Below are positions 30,001 to 45,000 of a DNA stretch of 64,000 bases, one piece after another. Under the pieces are notes generated by a model. It made no database searches and was not told where the DNA came from. It worked only from the letters and a program-made list of their open reading frames with translations. A program made the translations under genes and the position numbers. How positions within the stretch are numbered: the first letter of the stretch is position 1; every line of letters starts with the position of its first letter. The stretch covers positions 11,346,001 to 11,410,000 of the forward strand of contig OZ024742.1 in assembly GCA_964016885.1 (NCBI GenBank), written 5' to 3'. This DNA is from Eledone cirrhosa (taxonomy: Eukaryota).

Positions 30001-33000
30001 ATAAACAACAGTCTGTAGAAAGATGGCGATTGCAGTGTGGTCACAGTGATGGTGATAAACAACTCTGTAGAAAGATGACGATTGCAGTGTGGTCACAGAG
30101 ATGGTGATAAACAACAGTCTGTAGAAAGATGACGATTGCAGTGTGGTCACAGTGATGGTGATAAACAACAGTCTGTAGAAAGCTGACTATTGCAGTGTGG
30201 TCACAGTGATGGTGATAAAAAACAGTCTGTAGAAAGATGACTATTGCAGTGTGGTCACAGTGATGGTGATAAACAACAGTCTGTAGAAAGATGACGATTG
30301 TAGTGTGGTCACAGTGATGGTGATAAACAAGTCTGTAGAAAGATGACTATTGCAGTGTGGTCACAGTGATGGTGATAAACAAGTCTGTAGAAAGATGACG
30401 ATTGCAGTGTGGTCACATTGATGGTGATAAACAACAGTCTGTAGAAAGATAACTATTGCTGTGTGGTCACAGTGATGGTGATAAACAAGTCTGTAGAAAG
30501 ATGACTATTGCAGAGTGGTCACAGTGATGGTGATAAACAAGTCTGTAGAAAGGTGACTATTGCAGTGTGGTCACAGTGATGGTGATAAACAACAGTCTGT
30601 AGAAATATGACGATTGCAGTGTCGTGACAGTGATGGTGATAAACAACAGTCTGTAGAAAGATGACTATTGCAGTGTGGTCACAGTGATGGTGATAAACAA
30701 CAGTCTGTAGAAAGATGATGATTGCAGTGTGGTCACAGTGATGGTGATAAACAAGTCTGTAGAAAGATGACGATTGCAGTGTGGTCACAGTGATGGTGAT
30801 AAACAACAGTCTGTAGAAAGATGACGATTGCAGTGTCGTCACAGTGATGGTGATAAACAATAGAATGTAGAAAGATGACGATTGCAGTGTGGTCACAGTG
30901 ATGGTGATAAACAGGTCTGTAGAAAGATGACGATTGCAGTGTGGTCACAGTGATGGTGATAAACAATAGAATGTAGAAAGATGACGATTGCAGTGTGGTC
31001 ACAGTGATGGTGATAAACAAGTCTGTAGAAAGATGACGATTGCAGTGTGGTCACAGTGATGGTGATAAACAAGTATGTAGAAAGATGACGATTGCAGTGT
31101 GGTCACAGTGATGGTGATAAACAAGTCTGTAGAAAGATGACGATTGCAGTGTGGTCACAGTGATGGTGATAAACAACAGTCTGTAGAAAGATGATTATTG
31201 CAGTGTGGTCACAGTGATGGTGATAAACAACAGTCTGTAGAAAGATGGCGATTGCAGTGTGGTCACAGTGATGGGGATAAACAACAGTCTGTAGAAAGAT
31301 GACGATTGCAGTGTGGTCACAGTGATGGTGATAAACAACAGTCTGTAGAAAGATGACGATTGCTGTGTGGTCACAGTGATGGTGATAAACAACAGTCTGT
31401 AGAATGATGACGATTGCAGTGTGGTCACAGTGATGGTGATAAACAACAGTCTGTAGAAAGATGACGATTGCTGTGTGGTCACAGTGATGGTGATAAACAA
31501 CAGTCTGTAGAATGATGACGATTGCAGTGTGGTCACAGTGATGGTGATAAACAACAGAATGTAGAAAGATAACTATTGCTGTGTGGTCACAGTGATGGTG
31601 ATAAACGAGTCTGTAGAAAGATGACGATTGCAGTGTGGTCACAGTGATGGTGATAAACAACAGTCTGTAGAAAGATGACGATTGCTGTGTGGTCACAGTG
31701 ATGGTGATAAACAACAGTCTGTAGAAAGATGACGATTGCTGTGTGGTCACAGTGATGGTGGTAAACAACAGTCTGTAGAAAAATGACGATTGCTGTGTGA
31801 TCACAGTGATGGTGATAAACAACAGTCTGTAGAAAGATGACTATTGCAGGGTGGTCACAGTGATGGTGATAAACAAGTCTGTAGAAAGGTGACGATTGCT
31901 GTGTGGTCACAGTGATGGTGGTAAACAACAGTCTGTAGAAAGATGACGATTGCTGTGTGGTCACAGTGATGGTGATAAACAACAGTCTGTAGAAAGATGA
32001 CTATTGCAGTGTGGTCACAGTGATGGTGATAAACAACAGTCTGATGAAAGATGGCGATTGCAGTGTGGTCACAATGATGGTGATAAAAAACAGTCTGTAG
32101 AAATATGGCGATTGCAGTGTGGTCACAGTGATGGTGATAAACAAGTCTGTACAAAGATGGCGATTGCAGTGTGGTCACAGTGATGGTGATAAACAAGTAT
32201 GTAGAAAGATGACCTTTGCAGTGTGGTCACAGTGATGGTGATAAACAACAGTCTGTAGAAGGATGACGATTGCAGTGTGGTCACAGTGATGGTGATAAAC
32301 AACAGTCTGTAGAAAGATGGCGATTGCAGTGTGGTTACAGTGATGGTGATAAACAACAGTCTGTAGAAAGATGACGATTGCAGTGTGGTCACAGTGATGG
32401 TGATAAACAACAGTCTGTAGAAAGATGACTATTGCAGTGTGGTCACAGTGATGGTGATAAACAAGTCTGTAGAAAGATGACGATTGCAGTGTGGTCACAG
32501 CGATGGTGATAAACAAAGTCTGTAGAAAGATGACGATTGCAGTGTGGTCACAGCGATGGTGATAAACAAAGTCTGTAGAAAGATGGCGATTGCAGTGTGG
32601 TCACAGTGATCGTGATAAACAACAGTCTGTAGAAAGATGATGATTGCAGTGTGGTCATAGTGATGGTGATAAACAACAGTCTGTAGAAAGATGGCGATTG
32701 CAGTGTGGTCACATTGATGGTGATAAACAACAGTCTGTAGAAAGATGACTATTGCAGTGTGGTCACAGTGATGGTGATAAACAACAGTCTGTAGAAAGAT
32801 GATGATTGCAGTGTGTTCATAGTGATGGTGATAAACAACAGTCTGTAGAAAGATGGCGATTGCAGTGTAGTCACAATGATGGTGATAAACAACATAATGT
32901 ATAAAGATGACTATTGCAGTGTGGCCACAGTGATGGTGATAAACAACAGTCTGTAGAAAGATGACGATTGCAGTTTGGTCATAGTGATGGTGATTAACAA

Positions 33001-36000
33001 CAGTCTGTAGAAAGATGACGATTGCAGTGTGGTCACAGTGATGGTGATAAACAAGTCTGTAGAAAGATGACTATTGCAGTGTGGTCACAGTGATGGTGAT
33101 AAACAAGTCTGTAGAAAGATGACGATTGCAGTGTGGTCACAGTGATGGTGATAAACAACAGTCTGTAGAAAGATAACTATTGCTGTGTGGTCACAGTGAT
33201 GGTGATAAACAAGTCTGTAGAAAGATGACTATTGCAGAGTGGTCACAGTGATGGTGATAAACAAGTCTGTAGAAAGGTGACGATTGCAGTGTGGTCACAG
33301 TGATGGTGATAAACAAGTCTGTAGAAAGATGATGATTGCAGTGTGGTCACAGTGATGGTGATAAACAACAGTCTGTAGAAAGCTGACTATTGCAGTGTCG
33401 TCACAGTGATGGTGATAAACAACAGTCTGTAGAAAGATAACTATTGCTGTGTGGTCACAGTGATAGTGATAAACAAGTCTGTAGAAAGATGACTATTGCA
33501 GTGTGGTCATAGTGATGGTGATAAACAAGTCTGTAGAAAGATGACGATTGCAGTGTGGTCACAGTGATGGTGATAAACAACAGTCTGTAGAAAGATGACG
33601 ATTGCTGTGTGGTCACAGTGATGGTGATAAACAACAGTCTGTAGAATGATGACGTTTGCAGTGTGGTCACAGTGATGGTGATAAACAACAGTCTAACGAA
33701 AGATGACTATTGCAGTGTGGTCACAGTGATGGTGATAAACAAGTCTGTAGAAAGATGACTATTGCAGTGTGGTCACAGTGATGGTGATAATCAACAGTCT
33801 GATGAAAGATGGCGATTGCAGTGTGGTCACAATGATGGTGATAAAAAACAGTCTGTAGAAAGCTGACTATTGCAGTGTCGTCACAGTGATGGAGATAAAC
33901 AACAGTCTGTAGAAAGCTGACTATTGCAGTGTGGTCACAGTGATGGTGATAAACAACAGTCTGTAGAAAGCTGACTATTGCAGTGTAGTCACAGTGATGG
34001 CGATAAACAACAGTCTGTAGAAAGATGACTATTGCAGTGTGGTCACAGTGATGGTGATAAACAACAGTCTGTAGAAAGATGACTATTGCAGTGTGGTCAC
34101 AGTGATGGTGATAAACAACAGTCTGTAGAAAGATGATGATTGCAGTGTGGTCACAGTGATGGTGATAAACAAGTCTGTAGAAAGATGACGATTGCAGTGT
34201 GGTCACAGTGATGGTGATAAACAACAGTCTGTAGAAAGATGACGATTGCAGTGTCGTCACAGTGATGGTGATAAACAATAGAATGTAGAAAGATGACGAT
34301 TGCAGTGTGGTCACAGTGATGGTGATAAACAAGTCTGTAGAAAGGTGACGATTGCAGTGTGGTCACAGTGATGGTGATAAACAACAGTCTGTAGAAAGAT
34401 GACTATTGCAGTGTGGTCACAGTGATGGTGATAAACAACAGTCTAACGAAAGATGACTATTGCAGTTTGGTCACAATGATGGTGATAAACAACAGTCTGA
34501 TGAAAGATGGCGATTGCAGTGTGGTCACAATTATGGTGATAAAAAACAGTCTGTAGAAATATGGCGATTGCAGTGTGGTCACAGTGATGGTGATAAACAA
34601 GTCTGTACAAAGATGGCGATTGCAGTGTGGTCACAGTGATGGTGATAAACAAGTATGTAGAAAGATGACCTTTGCAGTGTGGTCACAGTGATGGTGATAA
34701 ACAACAGTCTGTAGAAGGATGACGATTGCAGTGTGGTCACAGTGATGGTGATAAACAACAGTCTGTAGAGAGATGGCGATTGCAGTGTGGTCACAGTGGT
34801 GGTGATAAACAAGTCTGTAGAAAGATGGCGATTGCAGTGTGGTCACAGTGATAGTGATAAACAACATCTGTAGAAAAATGCCGATTGCAGTGTGGTCACA
34901 GTGATGGGGATAAACAAGTCTGTAGAAAGATGGCGATTGCAGTGTCGTCACAGTGATGGTGATAAACTAGTCTATAGAAAGATGGCGATTGCAGTGTTTT
35001 CACAGTGATGGTGATAAACAACATTCTGTAGATAGATAACGATTGCAGTGTGGTCACAGTGATGGTGATAAACAAGTCTGTAGAAAGATGGCGATTGCAG
35101 TGTGGTCTCAGTGATGGTGATAAACAACAGTCTGTAGAAAGATGAAGATTGCAGTGTGTTCACAGTAATGGTGATAAACAACAGTCTGTAGAAAGATGGC
35201 GATTGCAGTGTGGTTACAGTGATGGTGATAAACAACAGTCTGTAGAAAGATGACGATTGCAGTGTGGTCACAGTGATGGTGATAAACAACAGTCTGTAGA
35301 AAGATGACTATTGCAGTGTGGTCACAGTGATGGTGATAAACAAGTCTGTAGAATGATGACTATTGCAGTGTGGTCACAGTGATGGTGATAAACAACAGAA
35401 TGTAGAAAGATGACTATTGCAGTGTGGTCACAGTGATGGTGATAAACAAGTCTGTAGAAAGATGACGATTGCAGTGTGGTCACAGCGATGGTGATAAACA
35501 AAGTCTGTAGAAAGATGGCGATTGCAGTGTGGTCACAGTGATCGTGATAAACAACAGTCTGTAGAAAGATGATGATTGCAGTGTGGTCATAGTGATGGTG
35601 ATAAACAACAGTCTGTAGAAAGATGGCGATTGCAGTGTGGTCACATTGATGGTGATAAACAACAGTCTGTAGAAAGATGACTATTGCAGTGTGGTCACAG
35701 TGATGGTGATAAACAACAGTCTGTAGAAAGATGATGATTGCAGTGTGTTCATAGTGATGGTGATAAACAACAGTCTGTAGAAAGATGGCGATTGGAGTGT
35801 AGTCACAATGATGGTGATAAACAACAGAATGTATAAAGATGACTATTGCAGTGTGGCCACAGTGATGGTGATAAACAACAGTTTGTAGAAAGATGACGAT
35901 TGCAGTTTGGTCATAGTGATGGTGATTAACAACAGTCTGTAGAAAGATGACGATTGCAGTGTGGTCACAGTGATGGTGATAAACAAGTCTGTAGAAAGAT

Positions 36001-39000
36001 GACTATTGCAGTGTGGTCACAGTGATGGTGATAAACAAGTCTGTAGAAAGATGACGATTGCAGTGTGGTCACATTGATGGTGATAAACAACAGTCTGTAG
36101 AAAGATAACTATTGCTGTGTGGTCACAGTGATGGTGATAAACAAGTCTGTAGAAAGATGATTATTGCAGAGTGGTCACAGTGATGGTGATAAACAAGTCT
36201 GTAGAAAGGTGACGATTGCAGTGTGGTCACAGTGATGGTGATAAACAAGTCTGTAGAAAGATGATGATTGCAGTGTGGTCACAGTGATGGTGATAAACAA
36301 CAGTCTGTAGAAAGCTGACTATTGCAGTGTCGTCACAGTGATGGTGATAAACAACAGTCTGTAGAAAGATGACGATTGCAGTGTGGTCACAGTGATGGGG
36401 ATGAACAACAGTCTGTAGAAAGCTGACTATTGCAGTGTCGTCACAGTGATGGTGATAAACAACAGTCTGTAGAAAGATGACTATTGCAGTGTGGTCACAG
36501 TGATGGTGATAAACAACAGTCTGTAGAAAGCTGACTATTGCAGTGTCGTCACAGTGATGGTGATAAACAACAGTCTGTAGAAAGATGACGATTGCAGTGT
36601 GGTCACAGTGATGGTGATAAACAAGTCTGTAGAAAGCTGACTATTGCAGTGTGGTCACAGTGATGGTGATAAACAAGTCTGTAGAAAGATGACGATTGCA
36701 GTGTGGTCACATTGATGGTGATAAACAACAGTCTGTAGAAAGATGGCGATTGCAGTGTGGTCACAGTGATGGTGATAAATAACAGAATGTAGAAAGATAA
36801 CTATTGCTGTGTGGTCACAGTGATAGTGATAAACAAGTCTGTAGAAAGATGACTATTGCAGTGTGGTCATAGTGATGGTGATAAACAAGTCTGTAGAAAG
36901 ATGACGATTGCAGTGTGGTCACAGTGATGGTGATAAACAACAGTCTGTAGAAAGATGACGATTGCTGTGTGGTCACAGTGATGGTGATAAACAACAGTCT
37001 GTAGAATGATGACGTTTGCAGTGTGGTCACAGTGATGGTGATAAACAACAGTCTAACGAAAGATGACTATTGCAGTGTGGTCACAGTGATGGTGATAAAC
37101 AAGTCTGTAGAAAGATGACTATTGCAGTGTGGTCACAGTGATGGTGATAATCAACAGTCTGATGAAAGATGGCGATTGCAGTGTGGTCACAGTGATGGTG
37201 ATAAACAACAGTCTGTAGAATGATGACTTTTGCAGTGTGGTCACAGTGATGGTGATAAACAACAGTCTGTAGAAAGATGATGATTGCAGTGTGGTCACAG
37301 TGATGGTGATAAACAACTTGTAGAAAGATGACTATTGCAGGGTGGTCACAGTGATGGTGATAAACAAGTCTGTAGAAAGGTGACGATTGCAGTGTGGTCA
37401 CAGTGATGGGGATAAACAACAGTCTGTAGAAAGATGACTATTGCAGTGTGGTCACAATGATGGTGATAAACAACAGTCTGATGAAAGATGGCGATTGCAG
37501 TGTGGTCACAATGATGGTGGTAAAAAACAGTCTGTAGTGAGATGGCGATTGCAGTGTGGTCACAGTGATGGTGATAAAAAAGTCTGTACAAAGATGGCGA
37601 TTGCAGTGTGGTCACAGTGATGGTGATAAACAAGTATGTAGAAAGATGACCTTTGCAGTGTGGTCACAGTGAGGGTGATAAACAACAGTCTGTAGAAAGA
37701 TGACGATTGCAGTGTGGTCACAGTGATGGTGATAAACAACAGTCTGTAGAAAGCTGACTATTGCAGTGTCGTCACAGTGATGGTGATAAACAACAGTCTG
37801 TAGAAAGCTGACTATTGCAGTGTGGTCACAGTGATGGTGATAAACAACAGTCTGTAGAAAGCTGACTATTGCAGTGTCGTCACAGTGATGGCGATAAACA
37901 ACAGTCTGTAGAAAGATGACTATTGCAGTGTGGTCACAGTGATGGTGATAAACAACAGTCTGTAGAAAGATGACGATTGCAGTGTGGTCACAGTGATGGT
38001 GATAAACAACAGTCTGTAGAAAGATGACTATTGCAGTGTGGTCACAGTGATGCTGATAAACAACAGTCTGTAGAAAGATGACTATTGCAGTGTGGTCACA
38101 ATGATGGTGATAAACAAGTTGTAGAAAGATGACTATTGCAGGGTGGTCACAGTGATGGTGATAAACAAGTCTGTAGAAAGGTGACGATTGCAGTGTGGTC
38201 ACAGTGATGGGGATAAACAACAGTCTGTAGAAAGATGACTATTGCAGTGTGGTCACAGTTATGGTGATAAACAACAGTCTGTAGAAAGATGACGATTGCA
38301 GTGTGGTCACAGTGATGGTGATAAACAACTCTGTAGAAAGGTGACGATTGCAGTGTGGTCACAGTGATGGTGATAAACAACAGTCTGTAGAAAGATGACT
38401 ATTGCAGTGTGGTCACAATGATGGTGATAAACAACAGTCTGATGAAAGATGGCGATTGCAGTGTGGTCACAATGATGGTGGTAAAAAACAGTCTGTAGTA
38501 AGATGGCGATTGCAGTGTGGTCACAGTGATGGTGATAAAAAAGTCTGTACAAAGATGGCGATTGCAGTGTGGTCACAGTGATGTTGATAAACAAGTATGT
38601 AGAAAGATGACCTTTGCAGTGTGGTCACAGTGATGGTGATAAACAACAGTCTGTAGAAGGTTGACGATTGCAGTGTGGTCACAGTGATGGTGATAAACAA
38701 CAGTCTGTAGAAAGATGGCGATTGCAGTGTGGTCACAATGATGGTGATAAAAAACAGTCTGTAGAAAGCTGACTATTGCAGTGTCGTCACAGTGATGGAG
38801 ATAAACAACAGTCTGTAGAAAGCTGACTATTGCAGTGTGGTCACAGTGATGGTGATAAACAACAGTCTGTAGAAAGCTGACTATTGCAGTGTCGTCACAG
38901 TGATGGCGATAAACAACAGTCTGTAGAAAGATGACTACTGCAGTGTGGTCACAGTGATGGTGATAAACAACAGTCTGTAGAAAGATGACGATTGCAGTGT

Positions 39001-42000
39001 GGTCACAGTGATGGTGATAAACAACAGTCTGTAGAAAGATGACTATTGCAGTGTGGTCACAGTGATGGTGATAAACAACAGTCTGTAGAAAGATGACGAT
39101 TGCAGTGTGGTCACAGTGATGGTGATAAACAAGTCTGTAGAAAGATGATGATTGCAGTGTGGTCACAGTGATGGTGATAAACAAGTCTGTAGAAAGATGA
39201 TGATTGCAGTGTGGTCACAGTGATGGTGATAAACAACAGTCTGTAGAAAGATGACGATTGCAGTGTGGTCACAGTGATGGTGATAAACAATAGAATGTAG
39301 AAAGATGACGATTGCAGTGTGGTCACAGTGATGGTGATAAACAAGTCTGTAGAAAGATGACGATTGCAGTGTGGTCACATTGATGGTGATAAACAACAGT
39401 CTGTAGAAAGATGGCGATTGCAGTGTGGTCACAGTGATTGTGATAAACAACAGAATGTAGAAAGATAACTATTGCTGTGTGGTCACAGTGATAGTGATAA
39501 ACAAGTCTGTAGAAAGATGACGATTGCAGTGTGGTCACAGTGATGGTGATAAACAAGTTGTAGAAAGATGACTATTGCAGGGTGGTCACAGTGATGGTGA
39601 TAAACAAGTCTGTAGAAAGGTGACGATTGCAGTGTGGTCACAGTGATGGGGATAAACAACAGTCTGTAGAAAGATGACTATTGCGGTGTGGTCACAGTGA
39701 TGGTATTAAACAACAGTCTGTAGAAAGATGACGATTGCAGTATGGTCACAGTGATGGTGATTAACAACTCTGTAGAAAGGTGACGATTGCAGTGTGGTCA
39801 CAGTGATGGTGATAAACAACAGTCTGTAGAAAGATGACTATTGCAGTGTGGTCACAATGATGGTGATAAACAACAGTCTGATGAAAGATGGCGATTGCAG
39901 TGTGGTCACAATGATGGTGGTAAAAAACAGTCTGTAGTAAGATGGCGATTGCAGTGTGGTCACAGTGATGGTGATAAAAAAGTCTGTACAAAGATGGCGA
40001 TTGCAGTGTGGTCACAGTGATGGTGATAAACAAGTATGTAGAAAGATGACCTTTGCAGTGTGGTCACAGTGAGGGTGATAAACAACAGTCTGTAGAAAGA
40101 TGACGATTGCAGTGTGGTCACAGTGATGGTGATAAACAACAGTCTGTAGAAAGCTGACTATTGCAGTGTCGTCACAGTGATGGTGATAAACAACAGTCTG
40201 TAGAAAGCTGACTATTGCAGTGTGGTCACAGTGATGGTGATAAACAACAGTCTGTAGAAAGCTGACTATTGCAGTGTCGTCACAGTGATGGCGATAAACA
40301 ACAGTCTGTAGAAAGATGACTATTGCAGTGTGGTCACAGTGATGGTGATAAACAACAGTCTGTAGAAAGATGACGATTGCAGTGTGGTCACAGTGATGGT
40401 GATAAACAACAGTCTGTAGAAAGATGACTATTGCAGTGTGGTCACAGTGATGCTGATAAACAACAGTCTGTAGAAAGATGACGATTGCAGTGTGGTCACA
40501 GTGATGGTGATAAACAAGTCTGTAGAAAAATGATGATTGCAGTGTGGTCACAGTGATGGTGATAAACAAGTCTGTAGAAAGTGATGATTGCAGTGTGGTC
40601 ACAGTGATGGTGATAAACAACAGTCTGTAGAAAGATGACGATTGCAGTGTGGTCACAGTGATGGTGATAAACAATAGAATGTAGAAAGATGACGATTGCA
40701 GTGTGGTCACAGTGATGGTGATAAACAAGTCTGTAGAAAGATGACGATTGCAGTGTGGTCACATTGATGGTGATAAACAACAGTCTGTAGAAAGATGGCG
40801 ATTGCAGTGTGGTCACGGTGATGGTGATAAACAACAGAATGTAGAAAGATAACTATTGCTGTGTGGTCACAGTGATAGTGATAAACAAGTCTGTAGAAAG
40901 ATGACGATTGCAGTGTGGTCACAGTGATGGTGTTAAACAACAGTCTGTAGAATGATAATGATTGCAGTGTGGTCACAGTGATGGTGATAAACAAGTTGTA
41001 GAAAGATGACTATTGCAGGGTGGTCACAGTGATGGTGATAAACAAGTCTGTAGAAAGGTGACGATTGCAGTGTGGTCACAGTGATGGGGATAAACAACAG
41101 TCTGTAGAAAGATGACGATTGCAGTGTGGTCACAGTGATGGTGATAAACAACTCTGTAGAAAGGTGACGATTGCAGTGTGGTCACAGTGATGGTGATAAA
41201 CAACAGTCTGTAGAAAGATGACTATTGCAGTGTGGTCACAATGATGGTGATAAACAACAGTTTGATGAAAGATGGCGATTGCAGTGTGGTCACAATGATG
41301 GTGGTAAAAAACAGTCTGTAGTAAGATGGCGATTGCAGTGTGGTCACAGTGATGGTGATAAAAAAGTCTGTACAAAGATGGCGATTGCAGTGTGGTCACA
41401 GTGATGTTGATAAACAAGTATGTAGAAAGATGACCTTTGCAGTGTGGTCACAGTGATGGTGACAAACAACAGTCTGTAGAAGGTTGACGATTGCAGTGTG
41501 GTCACAGTGATGGTGATAAACAACAGTCTGTAGAAAGATGGCGATTGCAGTGTGGTCACAGTGGTGGTGATAAACAAGTCTGTAGAAAGATGGCGATTGC
41601 AGTGTGGTCACAGTGATGGTGATAAACAACAGTCTGTAGAAAAATGCCGATTGCAGTGTGGTCACAGTGATGGTGATAAACAAGTCTGTAGAAAGATGGC
41701 GATTGCAGCGTGGTCACAGTGATAGTGATAAACAACATCTGTAAAAAAATGCCGATTGCAGTGTGGTCACAGTGATGGTGATAAACAAGTCTGATGAAAG
41801 ATGGCGATTGCAGTGTGGTCACAATGATGGTGATAAAAAACAGTCTGTAGAAAGATCGCGATTGCAGTGTGGTCACAGTGATGGTGATAAACAAGTCTGT
41901 AGAAAGATGGCGATTGCAGTGTGGTCACAGTGATCGTGATAAACAACAGTCTGTAGAAAGATGATGATTGCAGTGTGGTCATAGTGATGGTGATAAACAA

Positions 42001-45000
42001 CAGTCTGTAGAAAGATGGCGATTGCAGTGTGGTCACAGTGATGCTGATAAACAACAGTCTGTAGAAAGATGATGATTGCAGTGTGTTCATAGTGATGGTG
42101 ATAAACAACAGTCTGTAGAAAGATGGCGATTGCAGTGTAGCCACAATGATGGTGATAAACAACAGAATGTATAAAGATGACTATTGCAGTGTGGCCACAG
42201 TTATGGTGATAAACAACAGTCTGTAGCAAGATGACGATTGCAGTGTGGTCACAGTGATGGTGATAAACAACAGTCTGTAGAAAGATGACGATTGCAGTGT
42301 GGTCACAGTGATAGTGATAAACAAGTCTGTAGAAAGATGGCGATTGCAGTGTGGTCACAGTGATGGTGATAAACAAGTCTGTAGAAAGATGACTATTGCA
42401 GTGTGGTCACAGTGATGGTGATAAACAAGTCTGTAGAAAGATGACTATTGCAGAGTGGTCACAGTGATGGTGATAAACAAGTCTGTAGAAAGGTGACGAT
42501 TGCAGTGTGGTCACAGTGATGGTGATAAACAACAGTCTGTAGAAAGATGACGATTGCAGTGTGGTCACAGTGATGGTGATAAACAACAGAATGTAGAAAG
42601 ATAACTATTGCTGTGTGGTCACAGTGATAGTGATAAACAAGTCTGTAGAAAGATGGCGATTGCAGTGTGGTCACAGTGATGGTGATAAACAAGTCTGTAG
42701 AAAGATGACTATTGCAGTGTGGTCACAGTGATGGTGATAAACAACAGTCTGTAGAAAGATGGCGATTGCAGTGTGGTCACAGTGGTGGTGATAAACAAGT
42801 CTGTAGAAAGATGGCGATTGCAGTGTGGTCACAGTGATGGTGATAAACAACAGTCTGTAGAAAAATGCCGATTGCAGTGTGGTCACAGTGATGGTGATAA
42901 ACAAGTCTGTAGAAAGATGGCGATTGCAGCGTGGTCACAGTGATAGTGATAAACAACATCTGTAAAAAAATGCCGATTGCAGTGTGGTCACAGTGATGGT
43001 GATAAACAAGTCTGATGAAAGATGGCGATTGCAGTGTGGTCACAATGATGGTGATAAAAAACAGTCTGTAGAAAGATCGCGATTGCAGTGTGGTCACAGT
43101 GATGGTGATAAACAAGTCTGTAGAAAGATGGCGATTGCAGTGTGGTCACAGTGATCGTGATAAACAACAGTCTGTAGAAAGATGATGATTGCAGTGTGGT
43201 CATAGTGATGGTGATAAACAACAGTCTGTAGAAAGATGGCGATTGCAGTGTGGTCACAGTGATGCTGATAAACAACAGTCTGTAGAAAGATGATGATTGC
43301 AGTGTGTTCATAGTGATGGTGATAAACAACAGTCTGTAGAAAGATGGCGATTGCAGTGTAGCCACAATGATGGTGATAAACAACAGAATGTATAAAGATG
43401 ACTATTGCAGTGTGGCCACAGTTATGGTGATAAACAACAGTCTGTAGCAAGATGACGATTGCAGTGTGGTCACAGTGATGGTGATAAACAACAGTCTGTA
43501 GAAAGATGACGATTGCAGTGTGGTCACAGTGATAGTGATAAACAAGTCTGTAGAAAGATGGCGATTGCAGTGTGGTCACAGTGATGGTGATAAACAAGTC
43601 TGTAGAAAGATGACTATTGCAGTGTGGTCACAGTGATGGTGATAAACAAGTCTGTAGAAAGATGACTATTGCAGAGTGGTCACAGTGATGGTGATAAACA
43701 AGTCTGTAGAAAGGTGACGATTGCAGTGTGGTCACAGTGATGGTGATAAACAACAGTCTGTAGAAAGATGACGATTGCAGTGTGGTCACAGTGATGGTGA
43801 TAAACAACAGAATGTAGAAAGATAACTATTGCTGTGTGGTCACAGTGATAGTGATAAACAAGTCTGTAGAAAGATGGCGATTGCAGTGTGGTCACAGTGA
43901 TGGTGATAAACAAGTCTGTAGAAAGATGACTATTGCAGTGTGGTCACAGTGATGGTGATAAACAACAGTCTGTAGAAAGATGACGATTGCAGTGTGGTCA
44001 CAGTGATGGTGATAAACAACAGTCTGTAGAAAGCTGACTATTGCAGTGTCGTCACAGTGATGGTGATAAACAACAGTCTGTAGAAAGATGACTATTGCAG
44101 TGTCGTCACAGTGATGGTGATAAACAACAGTCTGTAGAAAGATGACGATTGCAGTGTGGTCACAGTGATGGTGATAAACAAGTCCGTAGAAAGATGACGA
44201 TTGCAGTGTGGTCACAGTGATGGTGATAAACAAGTCTGTAGAAAGATGACGATTGCAGTGTGGTCATAGTGATGGTGATAAAGAACAGTCTGTAGAAAGA
44301 TGACGATTGCAGTGTGGTCACAGTGATGGTGATAAACAAGTCTGTAGAAAGATGACTATTGCAGTGTGGTCACATTGATGGTGATAAACAACAGTCTGTA
44401 GAAAGATGGCGATTGCAGTGTGGTCACAGTGATGGTGATAAACAACAGTCTGTAGAAAGATAACTATTGCTGTGTGGTCACAGTGATAGTGATAAACAAG
44501 TCTGTAGAAAGATGACTATTGCAGTGTGGTCATAGTGATGGTGATAAACAAGTCTGTAGAAAGATGACGATTGCAGTGTGCTCACAGTGATGGTGATAAA
44601 CAACAGTCTGTAGAAAGATGACGATTGCTGTGTGGTCACAGTGATGGTGATAAACAAGTCTGTAGAAAGATGACTATTGCAGTGTAGTCATAGTGATGGT
44701 GATAAACAAGTATGTAGAAAGATGACCTTTGCAGTGTGGTCACAGTGATGGTGATAAACAACAGTCTGTAGAAGGATGACGAATTCAGTGTGGTTACAGT
44801 GATGGTGATAAACAAGTTGTAGAAAGATGACTATTGCAGGGTGGTCACAGTGATGGTGATAAACAAGTCTGTAGAAAGGTGACGATTGCAGTGTGGTCAC
44901 AGTGATGGGGATAAACAACAGTCCGTAGAAAGATGACTATTGCAGTGTGGTCACAGTGATGGTGATAAACAACAGTCTGTAGAAAGATGACGATTGCAGT